This document shows, piece by piece, positions 40,308 to 48,747 of a DNA stretch of 64,000 nt. How positions within the stretch are numbered: position 1 is the stretch's first letter; every line of letters begins with the position of its first letter. This stretch comes from an uncultured Chitinophagaceae bacterium (GTDB lineage Bacteria > Bacteroidota > Bacteroidia > Chitinophagales > Chitinophagaceae), in assembly GCA_963805365.1 (NCBI GenBank), contig CAWDTY010000011.1, forward strand, positions 988,760 to 1,052,759, written 5' to 3'. The position numbers and the translations under genes were made by a program. Under the pieces are notes generated by a model. That model ran no database searches. It was not told where the DNA came from and worked only from the letters and a program-made list of their open reading frames with translations.

Positions 40308-42728
40308 TTACTGGCCAGTTCTGTCCGGAACATCTAAACTGTTTAAAAAGTTTCGCTCTTCCTTTTTCCTTATCCCAAAATTATAACGGGCATTTATTCC
40401 AAATCTTCTTGTGTCCGATCTTCTGAATCCGCTTGCTGAAACACTTCCCTGGTTGAGTGTGAAATCGTTGTTGTTGGTATAGAAAAGATCATTGCCACTT
40501 ATAGTAATGATCAATTTTTTTTTCAGCAATTGTTTGTTAACACTTAGGTTTAATGATCCGAATGGTGAAAGTTCATAAAACTGCTGCTGGCCTTTAAAAC
40601 GGGCAAATCCGTATAAAGTAAGTTGTGATGTTTTGGAAAGTTTTAAAGTTTGATACGTGAAGAATGAAATGCTTCCTTTTTTATAAGAGAGCGGCAACCC
40701 TTCATAAAAGCCCTGGTAAAAGTTGTGGTTGTATTGAGCACCGGCTACAATAAAATATCTTCCGCCCGGTGGAATGGCGCCCAATACCCTGAAATAAGTT
40801 TCCCGGTTATTTCCAAGATTATCATACGTTCTGTATGCTGTTCTTTTGCTGGTATCTGCCTGGTAAACCACATTTGAAAAAATATCCTTTGTGTCATTTA
40901 TTCCCAAAGCGAAAATTGGCCTTTCGTCTACAGAAATATTTGCTTCATAATTCTGCGTGAACTGTGGTCGTAACTCAGGATTTCCGGTTTCAAAAAGATA
41001 TGGATCAATATATCGTTGCGATGGATTTAATAATTGATAACCGGGACGGCTAATGGTACGACGATAGACCAGGTAAGCACGCAAGCTATATCCCATTATC
41101 TTCATAAGAGACCTGCTGAGGTACACGTACGGAAAAAAATCGGTTCTGTTAATGTTGAAACTTGTATCAGCAGGTACTTGTTGTTCACCTTTCATGGAAG
41201 TATTCTCTACGCGGGTCCCTGCTTTTAACGTAATACCAAAGAGTGTTTTCGAAGCCTGTAAATAACCGGCATTAATGTTTTCGTGGTAATTATAAATACT
41301 TGATCTTATTTCATCTTTAGTTCTTATTCCATTTACCTGGTTAAAATAGTCAGTATTATTTTTGAAACCTGTTACCGTAGTTTTTAGTCCCGTTTCAATC
41401 AGAAAGCTCTTACGAAATTTCAATAATAAATTTGTTTCTGCTGAGAAAAAATTAAGATTGGTTTTCAAGTAACCGTCGCCGGCAGTACCCGGTCTCGCAG
41501 GTATTGAAAAATCGGTAGAGAAATCCTGGTTTGTTTTGTCAGGCGAGTAATTGTAAGAAACATCATTTGTCCATTCTGAGCCCAGTGTGTCAATTGATAA
41601 TTTTGATGATATTCCCTGTGATATAAGGAAAGTATTGTTTTTATTGGAGACAGATGCGATATTATCAATAAAGATTTCGTTACTACTTATCTTACTAATC
41701 CGGCTGTTATTGTCAGATTGGTTCCTCGAATCGCTAAGGCTTAATCTTCCATCATAGCTTAACTCCCATTTTTTATTGAGCTGATAGCTGGTTCCAAAAC
41801 CTATATAATATGTGTTGCCGGGATAAGTTGTGTAAGCGTCCTGGCTCAATAACGAGTCCGGTGCAAATATGCGATCTGTCTTAATTTCATCATAGGAATT
41901 CTTACGAGTTACCTGCATATTTATGTAACTTGATAAATCGCCATTATTATTATTGAGATTAAAGCCGGCATATTGTGTTCCATATTCCCCCTGGTTCATT
42001 CCGGCGTTTACACTACCTGTTAGTCCGATTTTAACTCCTTTCCTTAGAATGACATTTACGATACCTCCACTTCCCGAAGCATCGTATTTTGCAGATGGTG
42101 TACGTAATATTTCAATGCTTGCAATTGAGTTTGGCGGAAGGCTTTTTAATAAAGAGGCCACATCAGCAGTACTCATTTTTTGCTCTCTGCCATTTATGTA
42201 AATGGAAGCAGGAGTTGTGCTGTTCAGATAAATATTTCCATCCTGGTCTACAAAAAGACCGGGTGTTTTTTCAATAACTTCATAACCGCTGGTGGAACTC
42301 GCCACAAGATTTTCAGGATCTACAATTGTTTTGTCATCTTCCTGCCGCATCAACGGCTTGTTGGATTTAATAATAACAGCATCCAAAGTTTTTAACCCAT
42401 TTTCAAGGGTAAAAATAAATGTGGGTTTATCATTTTTAATAGTAATTCCTTTTTCAAAAATGGTATAGTCAACTGATGTGACTATTACTCTATAGCGCTC
42501 ATCATGAACCAGGTTAAAGATTGCTTTACCGGAGCTATCAGTTACTTGTTCTATGTAATGAAGAGAATCATTAATTGGCGTGACTCTTATCGTGGAGAAA
42601 GGAACGGAATGGGTTTGTTTGTCAATGATTTTAAAAGTGACGTTGGTTTCCTGCGCAGAAGATTGAAAAGACAAGCAAAAAATAATCACAAAGACAAGAA
42701 GAAGAAATCGGGTAAAATTAGTTTTCAT
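40308..42728 (-). CDS. outer-membrane beta-barrel family protein (CarboxypepD_reg plus TonB-dependent-receptor-like), paralog 2
   Basis: 'MKTNFTRFLLLVF' signal, plus 'TDSSGKAIFNLVHDERYRV', 'TPGLFVDQDGNIYLNS' and 'DPYLFETGNPELRPQF'. Confidence 0.8.
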   Translation of the reverse strand: MKTNFTRFLLLVFVIIFCLSFQSSAQETNVTFKIIDKQTHSVPFSTIRVTPINDSLHYIEQVTDSSGKAIFNLVHDERYRVIVTSVDYTIFEKGITIKNDKPTFIFTLENGLKTLDAVIIKSNKPLMRQEDDKTIVDPENLVASSTSGYEVIEKTPGLFVDQDGNIYLNSTTPASIYINGREQKMSTADVASLLKSLPPNSIASIEILRTPSAKYDASGSGGIVNVILRKGVKIGLTGSVNAGMNQGEYGTQYAGFNLNNNNGDLSSYINMQVTRKNSYDEIKTDRIFAPDSLLSQDAYTTYPGNTYYIGFGTSYQLNKKWELSYDGRLSLSDSRNQSDNNSRISKISSNEIFIDNIASVSNKNNTFLISQGISSKLSIDTLGSEWTNDVSYNYSPDKTNQDFSTDFSIPARPGTAGDGYLKTNLNFFSAETNLLLKFRKSFLIETGLKTTVTGFKNNTDYFNQVNGIRTKDEIRSSIYNYHENINAGYLQASKTLFGITLKAGTRVENTSMKGEQQVPADTSFNINRTDFFPYVYLSRSLMKIMGYSLRAYLVYRRTISRPGYQLLNPSQRYIDPYLFETGNPELRPQFTQNYEANISVDERPIFALGINDTKDIFSNVVYQADTSKRTAYRTYDNLGNNRETYFRVLGAIPPGGRYFIVAGAQYNHNFYQGFYEGLPLSYKKGSISFFTYQTLKLSKTSQLTLYGFARFKGQQQFYELSPFGSLNLSVNKQLLKKKLIITISGNDLFYTNNNDFTLNQGSVSASGFRRSDTRRFGINARYNFGIRKKEERNFLNSLDVPDRTGQ

Positions 42729-42817
42729 AAAGCCGAAATAATAAAACAAATCTAAAAGAAGTGACTAACAGACTGCCCGCTAATTTGTTGCATTTTTGTG
42801 AAATTCAGATAAATAAA

Positions 42818-43648
42818 TCAAACTGAATTAATAAATGCCAATACTTCCCGGATCATTTCTTCAAGCTGAGGATTTGTTCCATCAAAGGGATGTTTGGTAT
42901 TGAAGGTGTGTGTAGCCGCAGGTATAATTTTCAGGGAGGCGCTTTTATTATTTTCTTTTATCCATTTGTATTTATTGAGTCCATGTTCAAGAGATACAGC
43001 TTCATCATTTTCACCATGAATAATTAAAACCGGCTGACGAAGTTTTTTTAACTCCGTTTCAACGTTCCATTTTGAATCGCTTTGTAATACTTCGTTTAAA
43101 AATTCTTCTCCTTGCGGCAACATCTGTTTCGTGCGATTGTTTTTCTTATAGTACATTTTATCCCTTTTCCATTCTTCCAGCATTTCTGCTGGCCAGAAAT
43201 CTAATTGCTGCACAGTGCTGACTAAAATAATACCCGATAGTTTTATGTTTTCATCCTGTGCTTTGGAAGCTGCGAAGATTGCGGGAACACCACCAAGACT
43301 GTGGGCCAATAAAAATATTTTGGAATGATTTTTTAATTTTTCTGATGTGAGGTTATTTAATACAGCCATTGAATCTTCAACTTCAAGGCGCATGCAATTT
43401 TTTTCATACAAATCAAGGTCCTCAAAATTATCTGCATCTCCTCTTACTCCGCCGTGACTGAAATTGAAACTGTAACTCGCAACGTCCTTGGAAGCAAGGC
43501 TTTCCTGGATATAAGGAAACATTCCATAACTATAAAAGCCATTATGGCCGTTAATAATTATTACCAAAGGTGAATTATCTCCTGCAGAAATATAAATGCC
43601 TTCCACAGTGCCATCCGAATGACTGAATGAAAGTTTTTCTTTAAGCAT
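42818..43648 (-). CDS. alpha/beta hydrolase
   Basis: Nucleophile elbow 'LLAHSLGG', with 'IIHGENDE' and a C-terminal His region. Confidence 0.75.
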   Translation of the reverse strand: MLKEKLSFSHSDGTVEGIYISAGDNSPLVIIINGHNGFYSYGMFPYIQESLASKDVASYSFNFSHGGVRGDADNFEDLDLYEKNCMRLEVEDSMAVLNNLTSEKLKNHSKIFLLAHSLGGVPAIFAASKAQDENIKLSGIILVSTVQQLDFWPAEMLEEWKRDKMYYKKNNRTKQMLPQGEEFLNEVLQSDSKWNVETELKKLRQPVLIIHGENDEAVSLEHGLNKYKWIKENNKSASLKIIPAATHTFNTKHPFDGTNPQLEEMIREVLAFINSV

Positions 43649-43725
43649 GTCGAATATTTATTCTATAAAGTTCCGCAATTTTATTTTGTAGTAATATCAA
43701 GTCACATTGCAAATAATACGCGGCT

Positions 43726-43950
43726 AAAAAAAACTCCCGCATTTCTGCAGGAGCTTTTGGGAAATAACTTGTCGGAGGTTTAATTAGTTTCCCATGGAAT
43801 AAAGGTTTACGGTGTTTTCATAGATCCTGTTGTTTCTCGGATATTGGATCAAACGAAGTTGACTGACATTGGTTTTTAGTTTTTCGGATATTGGTTGGTT
43901 TCGATTTAGGATATTGGATTAATGTTGTTATTGCATCAATCAACTTCTGG
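43726..43950 (-). ncRNA. candidate small RNA, copy A (function unknown)
   Basis: On the minus strand there is a -7 box TATCTTTG (43953-43960), a 12-bp closing helix (43936-43947 with 43855-43866), three CCAATATCC motifs, and a terminator hairpin plus T8. No ORF exceeds 6 codons. Confidence 0.35.
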
Positions 43951-44106
43951 AACAAAGATATATAGTGACCCAACTTATGAAAGCGAAGGTTTGCTGAATT
44001 ATGGTGACATTAAAATTACCGTCTCGGTGGTAATCTTACTAGCCCATGGAAGAGGAATATACAGTAAAAATATGTTGTGTAATTTTTTTTGGAGAATCTA
44101 TACAAT

Positions 44107-44350
44107 AAAAAAACTTCCGCAATAGTGCAGAAGTTTTTTAATTCTTTATCCCGGGGGCAAATGCTTTTCAGGACAATAGAAATCAACCTTGTGGTTGGCT
44201 CTTAGGTTATTTTGGTTGTTTCAGGATTTGAAAAAATTAAAAAGAAGTTGATTGATATCGTTTTTTTAGTTTTCGTGGATCGGATGTGAACTTTTCGATG
44301 GATTTGGACTTTCAGATTAATGTCTTTTGAACATCAATTAACTTCGGGGT
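44107..44350 (-). ncRNA. candidate small RNA, copy B (function unknown)
   Basis: On the minus strand there is a -7-like box TAACTTTA (44351-44358) at the same 5-nt spacing from the helix arm, long-range complementarity (44333-44345 with 44244-44256), and a terminator hairpin plus T7. Confidence 0.3.
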
Positions 44351-44526
44351 TAAAGTTACCTACCTTAAAACCTTTTACAAGCGCAGGTGTACGCGATTTT
44401 GTGGGGATGAAAATTACGGCTACTTGCGTAGTTTTACGTGGTATTGCTAGTGAGCATAGTATTTGTACAAGGTTATTTACTATGCCGTAATAAGTAATTT
44501 CAGCTTTTAGGTCAACGATTTAATTT

Positions 44527-44793
44527 ATGACAGTACATTTAGAAATTAGAGGAAAGGTACAAGGCGTTTTTTTCAGAGCAACTGCAAGAAAAATAGCCGA
44601 AGAAAACGGCCTTACCGGGTGGATAAGGAATAGGATTGATGGGAATGTGGAAGCAATTGTAAGTGGACGAAAGGAAAATGTGGAATTATTTACCAATTGG
44701 TGCAAACAAGGCCCGAAAAATGCGATAGTGGATGAAGTCACAATCACAAACCTGGAAGAAACTGCTTTCGAAGGATTTATTGTAAAAAGATAA
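44527..44793 (+). CDS. acyP: acylphosphatase
   Basis: 'VHLEIRGKVQGVFFRATARKIAEENGLTGWIRNRIDGNVEAIVSG' is the canonical acylphosphatase signature. Confidence 0.9.
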   Translation: MTVHLEIRGKVQGVFFRATARKIAEENGLTGWIRNRIDGNVEAIVSGRKENVELFTNWCKQGPKNAIVDEVTITNLEETAFEGFIVKR

Positions 44794-44894
44794 TTTTCTT
44801 TTCAGGAATTTCCTGTTTGATAATATTAGTATCTTTTAACCTTGGTTTGAATTCACATCGATTGAACTTTTTCACAATTTTGAAAATTATAAAA

Positions 44895-45998
44895 ATGCGT
44901 AAATCCATTGTTTTGTTTTTTGTGCTCTTCTCGCTGCCTTCAATGGCACAGGACTTTTATTTATTTATCGGTACATATACCGGCACCGGCAGCAAAGGAA
45001 TATATGTTTATCGCTTTAATGCAAGCTCCGGAAAAACAACCTTGCTGAGTACTACCGATAGCGTTGTTAACCCTTCTTATCTCACTGTTTCTCCAAATGC
45101 TAAATTCGTATATGCGGTAAATGAAACCGGGGGTAAAAGGCCCGGCATGGTAAGTTCCTTTTCTTTTAATAGCAGGAATGCACATCTTAATTTCATAAAC
45201 ACGGAGCCTACAGGAGGAGATGATCCTTGTTATGTTACCACCAATAGCACAGGTGAGTGGCTGGCTGTTGCCAACTATTCGGGGGGAAGTGCCAGCTTAT
45301 TTTCAATAAATAATGATGGATCGTTAAATCCACGGGTTCAACTCATGCAGGATTCAGGCAGCAGTGCCATCAAAAATCGCCAGGAAAAAGCTCATGTACA
45401 TTCCACGGTATTTTCACCAGATCAGAAATATTTGTTTACACCGGATTTGGGTTTAGACAAGGTAATGATTTATAAATTTAATCCTTCTGCAGCCAAGCCT
45501 CTTAGTCCTGCAGCAGTTCCTTTTGAAAAGACTCTTGACGGAGAAGGGCCGAGGCACTTTACTTTTGCGCCAAATAGAAAATATGCATACCTCATTAGCG
45601 AGTTGATGGGGACTGTGTCAGCGTATAAATATGAAGATGGCAGGCTTGAGAAAATTCAACATGTCGAAACACATCCCGATAATTTTAAGGGAGTGATTGG
45701 AAGTGCAGATATTCATATTTCTCCTGACGGAAATTTTCTATATGCTTCTAACCGGGGCGACGAGAATACCATTACCATATTTTCTATTGATAGTAAAACC
45801 GGTAAATTAAAGCTTAAAGGCTTTCAACCGGTGATGGGTAAAACTCCAAGAAACTTCGTTATTGATCCTACGGGAAATTATTTATTAGTTGCCAACCAGG
45901 ATAGTGATAACATCGTAATTTTCAAAAGAAATAAAACGACAGGTTTATTAAAAGCGACTGGGGTAGGAGATAAAGGTACCGAAGCCCGTGTGTCTTAA
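44895..45998 (+). CDS. lactonase-family 7-bladed beta-propeller protein (6-phosphogluconolactonase-like)
   Basis: Signal peptide then 'FYLFIGTYT...GIYVYRFN'; also 'PSYLTVSPN', 'HVHSTVFSPDQKYLF' and 'PRNFVIDPTGNYLLVANQDSDNIVIF'. A family-typical ending, 'IKVPKPVCLKM', is readable in another frame (45970-46017), so the C-terminus may be frame-shifted. Confidence 0.8.
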   Translation: MRKSIVLFFVLFSLPSMAQDFYLFIGTYTGTGSKGIYVYRFNASSGKTTLLSTTDSVVNPSYLTVSPNAKFVYAVNETGGKRPGMVSSFSFNSRNAHLNFINTEPTGGDDPCYVTTNSTGEWLAVANYSGGSASLFSINNDGSLNPRVQLMQDSGSSAIKNRQEKAHVHSTVFSPDQKYLFTPDLGLDKVMIYKFNPSAAKPLSPAAVPFEKTLDGEGPRHFTFAPNRKYAYLISELMGTVSAYKYEDGRLEKIQHVETHPDNFKGVIGSADIHISPDGNFLYASNRGDENTITIFSIDSKTGKLKLKGFQPVMGKTPRNFVIDPTGNYLLVANQDSDNIVIFKRNKTTGLLKATGVGDKGTEARVS

Positions 45999-46075
45999 AA
46001 TGATTAGAATAAAATAAGTGATTCAGCAAACCTTAATGCAAGGATGATTTTTCAAATATTATCCGGAAGAAATAA

Positions 46076-46342
46076 TTATTCTGCAATGTTCCAGCTTGTG
46101 GGAATTTGTTCATCAGCAGTAAGGACAGTTCTTTCTGCAGAAATATAACCTACTTCCGCATTATTAATGCCGCCTGCATAATCCGAAGTAATATCAGTAA
46201 TCACGTTCATGATGTCTTCATCTGAAATAGTGTCGTTAATATCACTCAGGTGCCGCTCAATTTTTCTTTTTGTTACTTCATCATAAAAAAATTTATAATG
46301 ATTTTTAACCGGAGTTGTTTGGGTGTTATTATTGCTGTCCAT
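46076..46342 (-). CDS. hypothetical protein (acidic, 88 aa)
   Basis: An ORF with no competing frame. No recognisable motif. Confidence 0.4.
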   Translation of the reverse strand: MDSNNNTQTTPVKNHYKFFYDEVTKRKIERHLSDINDTISDEDIMNVITDITSDYAGGINNAEVGYISAERTVLTADEQIPTSWNIAE

Positions 46343-46766
46343 TTCAAATTTTTTAATTACAATTTCAAGATAGAAAATCAGGTACCAAAGTAGATTCTTC
46401 TAAAAAATGATAATGTAAACTTAACATTGAAGAGGAATGGGGAAAATTATTAGTGTGTTGAACATCATATCTTTATGGAAGTTTTGCACATTTTGAACAC
46501 ACATTTGTATTATTGAAAAAAAATTTGTTTCATAACAAATAATGGACTTCAAGTATTCTGAAGCCAGGTTTAATAAAATGGAAGGATTGGTTTTAATAAT
46601 TCATCGGAAAAATCGGTAGTGCTACTTCGAAAATAAATTTTTCACTATGCTTTATTTGCTCTTAGATTGGTCTTAGCATTCAAAAAAATAATGGCTCGTC
46701 TTAATTCTATTTTCAAAACAGTCGTATATTTCATTATACTGTTTTTTATTTTTTATTTTAAAGGGT

Positions 46767-47075
46767 ATGAGCGTTTTCAGCAATTTCAATAAAAAAGTTT
46801 TTATAGCTTTATTAATACTCATAGTGACGTATACTTTTTTAAGCTATTGGGCGGCTATTATTATTGAAGATAGACCTTCTGAAAGTCCGATCTTAAATTT
46901 TGTAGGGAGGAACTTTAGTGTATTTGCTAAGTATCCTTTTTTATTCCTTTTCATTCCCATACGACTTATCTCAACAATGTTTTTAGGATCATTTATTGAC
47001 TTTATCTTTTGGGCAGTTCTAATGGAAAGAATTATTTACTTTATTCTATTAAAGTTAAATAACAAACCTGTTTAG
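46767..47075 (+). CDS. hypothetical membrane protein
   Basis: Three hydrophobic segments. A short upstream ORF from 46691 ('MARLNSIFKTVVYFIILFFIF') in another frame may be its true N-terminus. Confidence 0.4.
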   Translation: MSVFSNFNKKVFIALLILIVTYTFLSYWAAIIIEDRPSESPILNFVGRNFSVFAKYPFLFLFIPIRLISTMFLGSFIDFIFWAVLMERIIYFILLKLNNKPV

Positions 47076-47211
47076 AAGTGCAGGCGAATCCAGAATTGAA
47101 AACTAACCAACTGAAGGAATATTTAGGGGAGGTAGATATTAAAGATTTTGTTTTTCAATTTAATTATTTGCCCTCCCTGCTTGTATGTAATAAAAGAGAT
47201 TTTAAATAACT

Positions 47212-47961
47212 GTGAAAATTAAAATCGTGCGATTTCACTTAAATATCATTTTATCTTTTATTGTGTTTTCTTTAGTTCAATGTAATGCCGCTAAAAAAGA
47301 CAAACAGAGGAAAGCCGAAGAAAAGACTGAATATACATTTTCGAAACCATCAAGAGATGGAACCGGAAAATTCTACATGGGAAGAGAAATTTCGCAGGTG
47401 ATGGGAACCGGAGGTGCTTCCTGGCTGGAAAGAGACGAAAGGCAACAGGAAGAAAATGTGAAGCTGGCAATAGAAAAAATGAACTTAGTGCCTGAGAGTG
47501 TCGTGGCTGATATTGGAGCAGGCACTGGTTATTATTCTTTTAAAATAGCGAAAGAAGTTACCCAGGGCAAAGTGTACGCAGTAGAAATTCAGGATGATTT
47601 CATAACATATTTGAAAAATAAGAAAGAAAAATTAAATGCCGGCAATGTTGAAATTGTAAAAGGAAGTGTACAGTCTCCTAACCTTCCGGAAGATTCGATT
47701 GATCTTGCAATGATGGCAGATGTTTATCACGAACTGGAGTATCCTCATGAAATGTTACAGTCTATAAAAAAATCACTCAGGAAGAGCGGAAAAATTTTAT
47801 TGCTGGAGTATAGAGGAGAGGATTCCGCACTATCTATAAAGCCTTTGCATAAAACTACCGTGGTGCAAATAAACAAAGAACTTGATGCAAACGGGTTCAA
47901 ACTTTTTTATGACGGGGAATTTTTGCCGATCCAGCATTTTTTGTTGTACGAAAAGAAATAG
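47212..47961 (+). CDS. class I SAM-dependent methyltransferase with an N-terminal signal/lipobox
   Basis: Motif I 'VADIGAGTGYYSFKIA', post-I 'VYAVEIQ', and N-terminal 'FSLVQC'. Confidence 0.75.
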   Translation: MKIKIVRFHLNIILSFIVFSLVQCNAAKKDKQRKAEEKTEYTFSKPSRDGTGKFYMGREISQVMGTGGASWLERDERQQEENVKLAIEKMNLVPESVVADIGAGTGYYSFKIAKEVTQGKVYAVEIQDDFITYLKNKKEKLNAGNVEIVKGSVQSPNLPEDSIDLAMMADVYHELEYPHEMLQSIKKSLRKSGKILLLEYRGEDSALSIKPLHKTTVVQINKELDANGFKLFYDGEFLPIQHFLLYEKK

Positions 47962-48022
47962 GTTGCGATTGCCAGCTTAAAGAAGTAAAGTTTTTTTATC
48001 CTGCTTTCTTATAATAGTCGTT

Positions 48023-48565
48023 TTAATCAGCACTCCCTTTTTCACCAATAAACCAGTTCTCTTTGTTCTTAAACAGCACATTGAAAGTTGTAAGAGAACC
48101 ATAAATCCGGGTGATGTATTGTTGCAGATTTACTTTTTCTTCATCGCTTAAAATTTTATGTGCATTTATTTGTTGCTCCATTACTCTTAGCCTATCGCGC
48201 AGCATAACAATTTTATGAAAGAAAACATCAATTGGAATTTCCTTAGGCTTCTGTGATTTATCTGCGGGTTGCAGCAACATGGTACCTCCAACCCATCGAT
48301 CGCCAAGAGGCACAATCTCTGAAGCATCTCCCCACAATCTTAAAATCTTTAAAAGAGATCTTTCTACCTCACTAATAGTTTCTATTTCGACCGTTACATT
48401 TTCAGCAATAATTTCCTCGAGTTTAGGATCTGTTTTATCAATCTCTTTGATGCCGTAGGTAATGAACGAAATAATATAGGTAGCAAAACGTACTCCCACA
48501 ATTACGCCGGGGCCATATTGCATGTGCTGGAGCCTTGTTCCTATTCCCAATGTTAGTTGTTCCAT
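48023..48565 (-). CDS. hypothetical protein
   Basis: 180-aa ORF. The N-terminal 'GTRLQHMQYGPGVIVGV' resembles a small Tudor/SH3-like motif. Otherwise unrecognised. Confidence 0.5.
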   Translation of the reverse strand: MEQLTLGIGTRLQHMQYGPGVIVGVRFATYIISFITYGIKEIDKTDPKLEEIIAENVTVEIETISEVERSLLKILRLWGDASEIVPLGDRWVGGTMLLQPADKSQKPKEIPIDVFFHKIVMLRDRLRVMEQQINAHKILSDEEKVNLQQYITRIYGSLTTFNVLFKNKENWFIGEKGSAD

Positions 48566-48747
48566 AGCTTAGTTTTTTTAATTCGTGAAATTTATTAAAT
48601 AATAATGTCTACAATATTATGTAAACCTTATCTTTTTGATACCAATACCCTTCTAAAAATAAGTTGATTTATTGCCATCTAATATCTCTTCATCAAAATC
48701 AATTGAATTAAAGTTTACTTTTAAAATTCAAAAAAATAAAAACTAAA

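Larger units (their letters stand above)
43726..44500. repeat. two diverged tandem copies of a ~380-bp noncoding module
   Basis: Collinear similarity by eye: hairpins at 43734-43753 and 44114-44133. GAAGTTGACTGACATTGGTTTTTAGTTTTTCGG (copy A) corresponds to GAAGTTGATTGATATCGTTTTTTTAGTTTTCGTGG (copy B). The segments ..TTAATGT.., ..ATCAAT(C/T)AACTTC.. and ..AAAATTAC.. align in the same order. Confidence 0.6.

Noticed and set aside
43922-44125. 67-aa plus-strand ORF, the only track ORF in the 43.7-44.5 kb gap
   Set aside because: It crosses the boundary between the two tandem modules and runs into the terminator hairpin at 44114-44133. It has no protein-like motifs and no equivalent ORF in the second module copy.
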